Source: Mustelus asterias (Eukaryota). From it: DNA of 64,000 nucleotides. Position numbers and translations under genes: made by a program. Shown here one piece after another: positions 11,348 to 23,479 of the stretch (within the stretch, counting starts at the first letter, position 1; the number at the start of each line of letters is the position of its first letter). The stretch spans positions 434,001-498,000 of the forward strand of contig NW_027590198.1 of NCBI RefSeq assembly GCF_964213995.1, written 5' to 3'. The notes beneath the pieces were generated by a model, which did no database searches, was not told the origin of the DNA, and saw only the letters and a list, made by a program, of their open reading frames with translations.

Positions 11348-12918
11348 TCTTACTGCGTCACTGTATCTCTGTTAGGGACATTACACTATCCTGGATCTGT
11401 TATATCTGATGTGCACATTTTCAGAAAAAAAAATATTTTTTGCCTAGTTTTCGAGATTTGAGATAGACAGGGAGAAATAGTTAAAAGTCGAAGGGAATTT
11501 TGAAATGAATATCAGTTTAATTTAAAAGAAGTTATTGATTTTTGTTGTTGTAGTTTGAAAATTGATCAATTAGAATCCCACAGTTTGAATAAATGTGACA
11601 GAGTGAACACAGTTTTCTGACAGGTGGAATTCGCTAACACTAAACAATTGTTCATATAATGGTGTTTGAATTGTCGTAAGGTGTCAACAGAAACTGGCTA
11701 GAGATTTACAATTTAATACTTGAAATTCAAATAATTAATTTTTTATAATATTATAATATTTTTATATTAGTAATATTTGCTCTGTATTTAATAATAACAT
11801 CCTGTCTCCCATTACTGCTGAACATAGAATAGAATTATTGGATGAATAAATGACAGAATGGAAGAATTGATTCTATTTGAGCATTATGTTTAATTAGTAT
11901 TAAATATTATACTGAAGAAAAAGTCTCGACTTATTTTGTGCATCATGTTTCAGTGTTGCAGAGGATTTGAATCAATTGTCCTCATTGTGTTTTTCATTGT
12001 TTAATTCAGAACTTCTTAATTTAAACAATATGTTCAGTAATTAAATTATATGGATGGTCCAAATTATTAAATCTAGGAAGCAGCTTCGTTGACCTCAAAC
12101 TGCCAGGCCGTTACAGTATATACAAATTCAGAAACATGCATTCTTAACACGTTTGCAGGTTATAATAAGGCATTTGGAGTAAAAGTGGAAATGAAAAAAC
12201 ATGACAATGTTATTCGATTGAAGCAAATGAATTACAGATGTCTGAATCTTTCCATTCAGTAATTTGAAGTTTATTGTTTAAGATTTAATTGGAACCTAAT
12301 TACTTCACAATGTTCGAGGCAGGGAAAATTTTGAATGATTGAAAACTGATTTTATTATGGAGTACAAATCAGCTAACAGGAAAAGTAACCGGCAATTAAC
12401 AAAACAAAATATAATTTTGGTGCTAATTAATTCAAAACAAAATACCTTGAATAATGCACGGGCGTGCAAAGTATCATCCGTTTTAGAGAACATTTAATTG
12501 TATCGAAAATGAATTCAGAGACAAAACCTTTCTTTCATTAGCTATGCTTAGCTCGGTAAGGTGTTTTACCTTGAATATTTTGTTGATTGCATTTAATTGA
12601 GAAATTAGATCGAATCAGGCAATGATTTTCAATGTAAATGTTTCTTGGTTTATTTTAATCCTTACTGTGTCACTGTATCTCTGTTAGGGACATTGAACTG
12701 TCCTGATTCTGTTATTTTTGATGCCTCATTTTCAGCGCAACTCCATTTTTACATCGTTTTCGAGAAGTGAGACAGACAGAGAGACATAATTAAAAATCGA
12801 CAGGAGTTTTGAAATGAATTTCAGTTTTATTCAAAAGAGGTTACTGATTTTCTGTTGTAAATTGATAATTGATCAATTAGATTCAAACAGTTTGAATTAA
12901 ATTGACAGATTGATCATA
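11348..12918 (+). repeat. ~260-bp direct duplication (11348-11610 and 12661-12918)
   Basis: Both copies begin cttactg(c/t)gtcactgtatctctgttagggacatt and stay collinear to attgatcaattaga..acagtttgaat. Confidence 0.85.
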
Positions 12919-13994
12919 CCTACCTGCTGGGAAATCGATTGTTGCACCGTTTGTGTCTGTTCTGTTTCTGCGCGCGTGGTCACCGTGTTGGGGCCAGGAA
13001 ACTGCCTGACTGGCTGTAAATCTTCTGGTTCATTCTCCTGTATGTCAGGGAGTTAAATTTGATTTATTTCTTCATACACTTGTATCTGTGAGAAAGGTGA
13101 TAGTTTGACTTGATGTTTGGCTCGGCGCCTCAGAAATGAGATCCCGAAAGCATATTGTGACCATCAGAGAGAGCAGAAACGTCAGATTGTAGAGGGAGAT
13201 TTGGATGATTTTTAACCAGTGATGAACCGGCCTTGGGAATGTTCGATGAGCAAATGCAAAGTGAGATTTACGATATTGTGCTCCGTAGTAAAGCAGTCCC
13301 TGATCTGTTTAGTATGACAGTTGAAGGGTCAAATTCATTTGCATTTTATTTTTAATCTTCTCAAGGCATTTTAGAGTCATTTGCTCGGCCAGAATTTTTA
13401 ATCATCAATAATTGTTCCTTGAGAAAGTGTTGATATGAAGCATCCTTGAATAACTGCAATCCATATGCTGCAGGCATCCGCCGTGCTGTTAGGCGGAAGT
13501 TCCAGGATTTTGACCCAGAAGGAACTGAGGTATTGTTTCAAGTCAGGATGGTGTGTGTCTTGGAGGGGAGCTTGCAGGTGGTAGTGTTCATATGTGGCTG
13601 CTGCCCTTATCCTGTTAGGATATAAAGGCAACGGGTTTGGACAGTGTTTACTATGGAGCCTTGGTGAGTTGCTGCAGTGCATCTTGTATATAATACACAC
13701 TGCTGTCACTGCTTGTTCGTGATGGAGAGAGCGAATAGGGTGAATGAGGGGGCGGATAATCTTGTGGGTGGCTTTGCCCTAGATTGTGTCAAATCTCTTG
13801 AGTTTTTACAGGTTTCCCTCATTGAGGAAAGAGGAAATTATTCAATTGCGACAGATTGCGAAAGATTTAAATGTTTTTCCAACCCTTGGCCAGCGCTCCG
13901 TATTGTGCTCACTTGTCACTCCCACTTACTGTGTGAATGGGTGAGTATGTGTGGAGTGAGTGCGCTTTTCCAGACTGAATCAGCCAAATAGAGA

Positions 13995-15545
13995 CTTATA
14001 CACATCACACACTCTCACACACATAAATACTCTCATATTCTCTCACACATGCACACACACACACACACACACAGATACTCACACTTACTTTCTCTCTCAT
14101 ACGGTCTCTCTTACACACCCATACACATTCTCTCTCTCACGTTACACATACACTCTCTCAATACAAATACATACATCGTCTCGCTCTATCCATCAATCTC
14201 TCACATCCCCATACACAAAAGCGCTCACATCCCCACACACCCACCCATTCTCTCTTACACACATACACACACTCTCACATAAGCACACTCTCACACTCTC
14301 GCACACGCTCTCTCTCATGGACTCTCTCTCTTCCACTCTGTCACACACGCTCAAGCTGTCTCACATTTCTTCACACGCTCTCTCACAATTCCTATTGCAC
14401 ACGCATCTCTCTCTCTCTCACACACACACGCACATATTTCTTTTTCTCTTGCGCACACTATCTCATACCTCTACATTCTTGCTCTCACACACTGGCTTTC
14501 TCACAATCACTCTCTCACAAACATAGAACATGCACACACTCTAACACACACTCTTACACACAGACACGGTCTCTCACATAAGCACAGTCTCGCGCACACA
14601 TTCGCTCTCTCACATACACACATGCACTATGCCTCTCACATTCCCTCTTCCGTACACTCTCACTTCGTCTCACACACATTCCGATGCTCTCTCTCACTCA
14701 TACGAACACTTGCACATGTATTCTCTCACACAGGCACATATTTCTCTCTCTTTCACACGCTCACTCCCTTACACATTGTCTCACACACGCACAATCTTGC
14801 TCTCAAACACTGTCTCTCACAAACATCCTCTCTTTCACACGCACACAATCTCGCACACAGTCTCTCCTTCTCTTACACACGAACACACATGTATATACAA
14901 TGTATCTCTCTTTAAACACTCCACCTACCACAGACACATGTTCTCTCAACAGTCATTTCACTCACACACACTCACGCATCCACTCTGTCTAAGTTTCACA
15001 CTTTTTCTCGCTCACACACACTCTCACCGCCCCTCCACACACACACACACACACATACACCCCTCATTGCTTCTATCTCCCACACACATTGTACATATCT
15101 TTCTCACTCACACGCCATCCCATGCACAGTTTCACACACTGAAGAACATATTATTTTGCTTTCCAATAGGCACTCCCTCTCACACACACTGTCTTTCACA
15201 TGAACACAACACTCTCCACACACATACCCTCCCTCTCAGGCACACACACTCTCTTTCACAGACATCGTGTATCTCAAATAGACACACTCCCTTTCACATC
15301 AACATACACACAATCACACACAGAAGTACTCTTTCACACAGACTCCCCACACACACACTCTCCCCGCCCCTCCACACACACACATTTTCAAGAACAGACA
15401 AACTCTCACACACAAAGAATAACTCTTCAAACACACATTCTGTCTCTCACACACACATTATCTCACTCACCCTTTCTCTCACACACGCTCTCCCCTCTTG
15501 CACGCACAGCCCACTGTCTCACACACGTGCAAACGCATTCTATCA
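13995..15545. repeat. Degenerate (CA)n/(CT)n low-complexity tract
   Basis: About 1.5 kb of interleaved CA and CT microsatellite, almost G-free on the + strand. Confidence 0.9.
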
Positions 15546-15719
15546 NNNNNNNNNNNNNNNNNNNNNNNNNNNNNNNNNNNNNNNNNNNNNNNNNNNNNNN
15601 NNNNNNNNNNNNNNNNNNNNNNNNNNNNNNNNNNNNNNNNNNNNNNNNNNNNNNNNNNNNNNNNNNNNNNNNNNNNNNNNNNNNNNNNNNNNNNNNNNNN
15701 NNNNNNNNNNNNNNNNNNN
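15546..15719. other. Assembly gap (174 N) in the J-C intron
   Basis: Run of N. Confidence 1.
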
Positions 15720-16639
15720 CAGAGTGTCTGTCCTTGACACCATAGAGTAGAATCATAGGATGCTACAGTGCAGAAGGAGGCCATTCAGCCCATCGAGTCT
15801 GCACCAACAGCAAACCCACCAACGCCCTATCCCCATAACCACATGTATTTAACGGAACGAGTCCCCCTGACACTAAGGGGCAATTTAGCACGGCCAATCC
15901 ACCGACCCCACACATCTTTGGACTGTGGGAGGAAACAGGAGCACCCGAAGGAAACCCAAACAGACACGGGGGGAACTTGCAAACTCCACACAGACAGTGA
16001 CCCAAGTCGGGGATCCAACTCTGAGGCAGCAGCGCTAATAACTGTGCCACCATGCCACCGCCACCGCCCCCCCCCCGCCCACCCTGGTAGCATTTGAATG
16101 AGGGTGGGATCAAGGGGCCCGAGTAAAACTCGTCAATAAGAATCGGCGGGAAATTCTTCTCTGTTTGGAGTCATACTTAGCACAAAGCAACATGGTATTG
16201 GTGGTTGGAGGTCAAACATCTAAGTTCAGATTTCACTGCAGGATTTCGGCAGGGGAGTGTTCTGGGAGCAACAATCTTCTACTGCTTCAACAGTGACATT
16301 CCCTCCAACATGAGGTCAGAAGTAGGAATTTCCATGAGTTAAACCGGACACAAACACCCAAAAAATAAGAAGGGAATTGGCTGAGACCAAGGCCGCCTGG
16401 GTCCTCAATACTGGTGTAAACTTGGTGTTTGATTCCTGTGCGACCCATCCTAGTTTTGCTGTCAGCTTCCCTGCAGCTCCCTCAGTCTGACTATTTGTTC
16501 ACTGGTACGTGTTTCTTAAAGAAAGACACCGACATTAAAGCAGCTGCCCGGTGATTTACACATCCCTGCTACTGAAAGCTGATCAATGTGGAGAATCAGG
16601 AAAAGATCGATGGAGAGGAAGAGGTGGAGGTGGCCCACT

Positions 16640-18090
16640 GACTCTGTCACCGTCAACCACATTTACTCACTCACCCTCAATCTCTCATCCTCACTCAAAG
16701 AACTTGACTCACTCACCCTCACTTACCCACCTTCCCTCGCTGACACACTCTCACTCATTCATCCCCACTCACAAATCCCAACTCACTCATCCCAACTCAC
16801 TCATCCCAACTCACTCACCCTTGCTCACTCATCCACCCTCACACACTCAATTTCACGCACTCAATCTCATACACTCAACTTCACACACTCAATCTCACGC
16901 ACTCAACCTCAGAAACTCACTGATCCTCTTCACCCTGAGTCATTCGCCCTCACTCACTCAAAATCACTCACACACATTCGCTCTCTCACTCTCACCCATC
17001 CTCACTCACTCACCCTCATTCACACCCTCATTCACTCACCAGCACTCACTCACTCACACTCACTCGCCCTCACACACCCTCATTCACTCACTGTCACTCA
17101 GTCACCCACACTCACACGCTATCACTCACTCAACCTCACTCACTAACCCTCAGTCACTCACTCAGAGCCTCAGTCACTCACCAACACTCATAGTCACCTT
17201 CGTTCACTCATCCCACTAACCCACCCTCACTCACCCAGTCTCACTCACTCTCACTCACTCAGTCCACTTATCCACCCTCACTTATTCAGTCTCACTCACT
17301 CTCACTCACCCTCACTCACCCCACTTACCCACCTTCACGCATCCAGTCTCAATCACTCTCAGTCACTCACCGCACTTACCCTCCCTCACTCATCCAGTCT
17401 CAATCACTCTCACTCACCCTCACTCACTCTCCCCACTTACCCACCCCCACACACTCAAGCTCAATTACCCTCTCTCTCTCACGTACGCCACCTGACCCAT
17501 TCAAACTCACTGAGACTCACGCACCTACATTCACTCACACACCCTCACATATTCACCATCACTCACGTTCACCCACCCTAACTCACAGATCCTCAATCAC
17601 TCATCCTCAGTCAAACACCTTCACTCACTCACCTTCACTCATCCACCCATCCGCATTCATTCTCCCTCACACACTCTCACACACCACCCTCAATAACACA
17701 CCCTGACTCACTCACTCTCTCACCCTCACTTACTAAGTCACATTCACTCCTCACCCTCATTCACTCGCTCTCACTCACCCACCTTCACTAACCTTCACGC
17801 ATCCTCACTCACTCACCCTCATTCATTCTCTCTTACCGACACTCACTCACCCACCTTCACTCACACATTAAGCTACCTTCACTCACCCACCCTCTCTCAC
17901 ACACCATCATTTACTCATGCTCTCTCACCCTCACCCACTCACTCACCCTCAATCACTCATCCTCACTGAAAGAACTTCACTCACTCACCCTCACTTACCC
18001 ACCTTCCGTCACTCACACACCATCACTCATCCACTCTCACTCCTTCAATCACTCACCCGCACGCACTCACATTCTCTCACTCACACTCGC
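16640..18090. repeat. Degenerate (CACT/CACCCT)n low-complexity tract
   Basis: About 1.45 kb of ctcactcaccctcact-type repeats. Confidence 0.9.
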
Positions 18091-18180
18091 TAAACCTGTG
18101 TGTGGAGGTCTGCGATGAGAGAGAAGAAAGATCTCAAGCGGCAGTTTGGAGTTCAAATGTGGGAGCTGCCCTGCGAATGT

Positions 18181-18820
18181 GGAGAGCTGGGGGGAATCCC
18201 TGGGGGCTCAGGGCCAAGGACAATGGGAAAGAGCCGGGGAGAACAGGAGGCGTGCTAAAGGGCAGAGAGCCGGGGGGGGGGGGTGGGGGGGGGAGGGCAG
18301 AGAGCCTGGGGAATGGGCCCACAGCCGGGCAACAGGGCTGAGAGCCGGGAAAGGGCAGAGAGTCAGGAGAAAGCGCAGAGAGCCAGAAGAAAGGGCAGAG
18401 AGCTAATAGAAAGGGCAGGGAGCCAGGTGAAAGGGCAGAGAACCAGGGAAAGAGGAGAGAGCCAGGATAAAGGGCAGGGAGGCCGGGGAAAGGACAGAGA
18501 GCCGAGGAAAAGGACAAGATAGCCCAGAGGAAAGGGTAGAGAGTCAAGGGGAAAGGCAGAGAGTCAGGGGGAAAGGGCAGAGAGCCAGGGGGAAGGGGAA
18601 AGTGGATAGGGAGCAGGGACACCGGGCAAAGAGCCGGGGGAAAGGGTAGGGAGCTGAGGGAAAGGGCAGGGAGCCGGGGGAGAGGGGACAGAGCTGGAGG
18701 GAAGTGTAGAGAGCCAGGTGGAAGTGCGGAGAGCCGGGTGAAAGGGGAAAGGAGCCACAGAGAATAGCAGAGAGCCAGGGGAAAGCGCAGAGAGTCGGGG
18801 AAAATGGGCAGAGAGTGGGT
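18181..18820 (+). repeat. G-rich ~20-bp minisatellite (consensus AAAGGGCAGAGAGCCRGGGG)
   Basis: About 30 degenerate units, strongly purine/G-biased on the + strand. Confidence 0.9.
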
Positions 18821-19793
18821 GATCGACGGGCGGAGTGAGGATGTGCAAAATAGAGCTAGCACCACAACCAGATCATCTGTAATCTCAGTGAATAATGGAG
18901 GAGACTTCAGGGCCCGAATGGCCAACTCTTGCTATTAATGTATGGCCCTTCAATTAGTCAATGTTGCAACTATTTGAATTTGTAATCACATTGAGAGTTT
19001 CCTGGTCATTCAGTAAGTATTCATTCCGAAGGTATTTTTGAAGCAAAGTCACTAATCTTCGTTTTGTGGAGTGAGAGGCAGTGAGTCGGAGAGAGGAAGG
19101 GGCATCAGTTAGTTTGAACACAGGCAATAGCCAAAACTACAATGTGGATATGCCGACGCTAGGTTGGGGTGGGCACAGTAAGGAGTCTCACAACACCAGG
19201 TTGAACTCCAACAGGATTATTTGGAATCGTGAGCTTTTGGAGCTCTTTCATCAGGCGAGTGGCTGATATGAATGAAGAGACATCTTCTTCATCACAAAGT
19301 GCTGTTGTTTGAGAAATAGCTAGTGCCTGAAGTAATGGAGAAACTCTTTACACTTTTCTGTTAATCTAATGAATGGTATGTCATTACAATGACATCAAAA
19401 TGTTTTTGTCTTTCCAATCTGATAGAGGTCGAGACATTGATGTGAGTTTCTACAAAGATGGCGATTCTCAAATGATAGGAGTAACAGAAGCTGAAAGGTG
19501 TATGTAGGTCTTAATCGGGAAATATTAAGTTAAGTTCATAATTCTGGACAAATCGTGATGTAGAAACATAGAAAATAGAAGCAGGAGTAAGCCATTCGGC
19601 CCTTTGACCCTGCTCTACCATTCACTTTGATCACAGCTCATCAATATCCTGACCCCGTCTACTACCCATATCCATTGATCCCTTTAGCCCCAAGAGCTAT
19701 ACCTAATATAGAAACTTCCTTGTATAAATATGTTTGATTAATTAATAAACGCAAGTAAGAGTCTAACTTGTTGAATCGACTATTCTTTCCCAG

Positions 19794-20093
19794 CGACACC
19801 GTCTCCGCCCACTCTCTACAGCCTCGTCTCTTCCTGTCAGCAACACAACTCCGCTGGCTCCATCACCTACGGCTGTTTGGCGATGGACTACTCTCCAGAT
19901 GTCTCCAAACTGACCTGGAAGAAAAATGGGCAGCTGATCGCCACTGGATTTAAGACTTATCCATCAGTGAGAAACACGAAGGGAACCTATACCCTGAGCA
20001 GCCAGTTAACCATCACCCAGTCAGAGGGAGAGTGCAGCAAAATCGACTGTGAGGTTCGACACAGCGACTCCGTCAAGAGCATTGGAATGCAAT
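19794..20093 (+). CDS. IGHM: IgM Cmu1 exon
   Basis: Acceptor ttcccAG at 19792-93; 300 nt, phase 1-1; [42 protein letters not shown]; keeps the light-chain-linking Cys; donor GTAAG at 20094. Confidence 0.95.
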
Positions 20094-20239
20094 GTAAGTG
20101 TTGTGGAACTTGGGCAAGACAGGAACGCTGTGATTGAACTGTATAAGGCTTTAGTTATAACTGATCTGGAGCATTCTGAAAAATAATGAATTATTCAAAA
20201 TCCAGGTAAGTGTCTACTGACTGAAAAGTTGTTCAGAAC

Positions 20240-20990
20240 CAAAGAACAACAGGACTGTTACTGTGCAGAATGAGGCCATTGAGCCCATCATATCTGTGCT
20301 GGCCAAAAGGGAGAACAAAGAAACTAGCCAGACATTTGGAGCCCATTTTCCAGCCCTTGCTCCGTAGCCGTGCAGGTTAAAGCACCTGAGATGCAGACGT
20401 AATGACCTTTAAAATGACCATGCTTCCTGGTAATTGAGCCCTCGACTTGGGGAATGAATTATTTCTGCCTACGTCCCTTCTAATTTTGTGAACCACAATT
20501 ATGTCACGCCTCAGCCTCCTCTTTTTCGAAGGAGAAAAACTCCTGCCTATCCAATCTCGCCTCATGGCGGGAATTTTCAGTCCCTGGCAACATTCTTGTC
20601 AGCGTCATCTCTCTCTAGAGCCATTACGTCATTCCTGCAACGTGGTGACCAGAACTGTACAGCAAACTCCAAACGTGGCCCAACTAGCGTTTTACACAGC
20701 TCCATCACTGTTTTTGCATTCAATATCTCACATAATAGAGGAACTAATCCGATATGCTTTCTTGATCAACGCGTCCAGCTGCCCTACCATCTACAAGGAC
20801 ATGTGGACATGCACGCCATTGTCTTGCATTTCCTCAATCCCTCGAAATCTTCCATTTTATCGACTATTCCCTTGCTTTGTTTGCCCTCCCAAATTCATTG
20901 CGTGGTACTGCTGACGGTTGAATTCCATTCGCTATTTCCCTACCAATTCAAGCAAACCATGGATATAATTCTCAAATTGGCAGCTCCGGT
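20240..20990 (-). mobile_element. CR1 LINE 3' fragment in the Cmu1-Cmu2 intron
   Basis: Minus-strand CR1 RT C-terminal residues (..KKRRLRRDII..) and CR1 3' tail. Confidence 0.75.
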
Positions 20991-21065
20991 GCGAAAATAA
21001 AAGCATTAATTTTAATTGTTGTCAGTTGAACCTTGAAGTAACGTCTCAACGTGTGTTTGTTGAAG

Positions 21066-21371
21066 GCGACATCCCCCCAACCGTTATCCTCACCGTGAGT
21101 TCCAGTGAAGAAATCACAAGCAGGAAATTTGCAACCATCGTCTGTTCAATCATCGATTTCCAGCCAAAGTCAATGACGGTGGAGTGGCTGAAGAATGGGC
21201 AACCCATGGATTCAGGAATTGTCACCTCTCCTGCCTGTGAAGTGAACGGAAACTTCTCGGCGAGCAGTCGGCTGACAGTCTCCGCTGGGGAATGGTCCAG
21301 CAAAACGGTCTATACCTGTCAGGTCACTCATCAAGGGCTCACTCAGAGTCAGAACATCACCGGATCTCTGG
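21066..21371 (+). CDS. IGHM: IgM Cmu2 exon
   Basis: (C)[42 protein letters not shown]; 306 nt, phase 1-1; acceptor gttgaAG (weak); donor GTAAG at 21372. Confidence 0.92.
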
Positions 21372-22261
21372 GTAAGGGATGCAAACCGAGGGAAAACAAA
21401 TCATTCATCTGGTAATCGGAATTAGAGATTTATTGAAGTTCGTGCGAAGCATAGAGCTGTCATGTAGTTTGCTGCAGTCGGATAGCGCTTCATACAGAAT
21501 TTCATCACATCAGCAATTATTTTTATTCTGTCATGACATGTTCTTCATGGCCCTTCCCTGAGAGCACTTAAGAGTCGACGACGTTGCTGTGGATCTGGAG
21601 TCACATGCATGCCAGAGCAGATAAGACAGCAGATTTACATTTTAAAAGGGCATTCGTGAACCATTTACAGCAATGGCTTCATAATGATCGTTAGACTTTT
21701 AAATATCGTTTTTTAATAAAATCAAATTTGACCATTTGTGGTGGTGAGATTCGAATCTATGACCCCAGACTTTTGCCCTAGGTTACAAACCCATTGATAA
21801 CACCACCATGCCACTGCCTCTCCTTGAAACAATGCGCCCTTCTAATTTGAAGTAATATAGTGACCGAGGCGGACTTGATGTCAGCTTCTCCTGACACAGC
21901 TGGTAAAATTTGGAGAGACAGTAGGTGTCAGACTGTTTCACAGGTCACAGCGTAGGGGTAAAATGTTGGAAAGTGCATCCACCCTATTTATAAACCAACG
22001 GCCATTAATTTTCCCTGAGTTCAGGATGGTCTATTTGTGTGGGAATGCTGCAATGCTGATTCATGAGAATGATACCGCTGCTACAATACTTTAATAAAGA
22101 GAATAATTTCACAGAGCAACCTGGTTTTCCATTCACCATAGAAGTTGAAAGGCGATAGTTAGAGTTTGATAACTCGAAGGCGACTTCGTCTCCTTTAGGC
22201 TGAATACTGCTGTCCTGCTTCTGAAGGAGAACTCGAGTTGGTTTTCATTTTTCATTCACAG

Positions 22262-22570
22262 GTCCTTCCCAGTGCCCGGATTCCACAGTCACAATACAAC
22301 CACCACCAATAGAACAAGTCTTACTCGAGGTGACTGTGACCTTAACCTGTATCATTTTCAATTCTCCTTCTGGAGTCAACGTGTCCTGGATCCGAGACAG
22401 GAATTATTTGAAATCAGAGATTGCAGAAAAGCCTGGAGAGGATCCTGACAGCGTGGTCAGCAACTTAAACATCTCGACACAAGCCTGGCTGAGTGGGGCT
22501 GTGTTTGACTGCGTGGTGAGCCATCAGGATCTGCCGACTCCTTTAAGAAAATCCATCCACAAGGAAAGAG
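22262..22570 (+). CDS. IGHM: IgM Cmu3 exon
   Basis: Acceptor ttcattcacAG; [55 protein letters not shown]; 309 nt; donor GTGAG at 22571. Confidence 0.95.
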
Positions 22571-23045
22571 GTGAGCTGAGAGATTGAAGCAACAAATGCG
22601 TCACTGTGTCTATTTCCAGTGTAAGTGTAATGGTCAATACTTAGTATTCAGTGCATTACCACTCCTCTGAGTGGTAACTCTGCTAACTAAACGCTCTGGG
22701 CCTGTAGATATTTTTGCGTGGGATGTTGATGAATGAAAAGTGATCTGAAGAGAATGGTATTGGTTTATGATCGAATAAGTAGGGAGTAGTCTGGTGTGGT
22801 GCACAAAACCCAACGCAGAACAGTTGGGCCGAATAGCCTGTTTCTGTGTTGTAATCTTTCTGAAACTTTCCAGTCTAGCCCCAGTTATTTGACAAAGCGA
22901 TTGTGTTCCCCTCTCCTCGAAGCAGGAAGTCAAAAATGGAAACATTTAAATTCGAAAGCAAAGCACAATTTTCTGATATCTAACCAGTGTTTTCATTGTT
23001 TGCAGAGTTCTCCAGTTTATTGACATTTATTGCAATTTTCTGCAG

Positions 23046-23437
23046 ATCCAAATCCGCGGAGACCGTCCGTCTCTGTCCTCCTGCCCTCGGCAGAACAAAT
23101 ATCCGCTCAGAAATTCGTCTCCCTCAGCTGCTTAGTGAGAGGTTTCTCCCCCCGAGAGGTCTTCGTCAAGTGGACCGTCAATGACCAGCCCGTGAATCCC
23201 GGGAACTACAGGAACACCGAGGTGGTGGCGGAGAACGGGAATGGCTCCTTCTTCATGTACAGCCTGTTATCCATTGCAGCGGAGGAGTGGGCCAGCGGCA
23301 CTTCTTACTCCTGCGTGGTGGGACATGAAGCCATCCCCTTGAAGATCATCAACAAAACAGTTGACAAATCCAGCGGTAAACCCAGTTTTGTGAACATTTC
23401 TCCTGTACTGGTGGACCCCGTTAGTTCATGTCAATGA
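23046..23437 (+). CDS. IGHM: IgM Cmu4 exon plus secretory tailpiece
   Basis: Acceptor ttttctgcAG; [75 protein letters not shown]. Internal donor G|GTAAA (23375/23376) for the membrane form. Confidence 0.96.
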
Positions 23438-23473
23438 GAATCTATTGGTTATATTTCGAGCTGCAAGAAAAAT

Positions 23474-23479
23474 AATAAA
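23474..23479 (+). terminator. Poly(A) signal for secreted mu mRNA
   Basis: AATAAA 36 nt after the secretory stop codon. Confidence 0.75.

Noticed and set aside
13960-17219. Long His/Thr/Ser/Leu-rich ORFs (up to 373 aa)
   Set aside because: Translations of CA/CT/CACT low-complexity DNA, some running through the N gap; not genes.
18134-18925. 263-aa Pro/Leu-rich minus-strand ORF
   Set aside because: Artefact of the G-rich 20-bp minisatellite.
8790-23437. IgNAR or IgW identity for the Ig gene
   Set aside because: Conventional VH with full CDR2 and GLEW FR2, Cmu1 with the light-chain Cys, exactly four C exons and a mu-type tail and TM indicate IgM.
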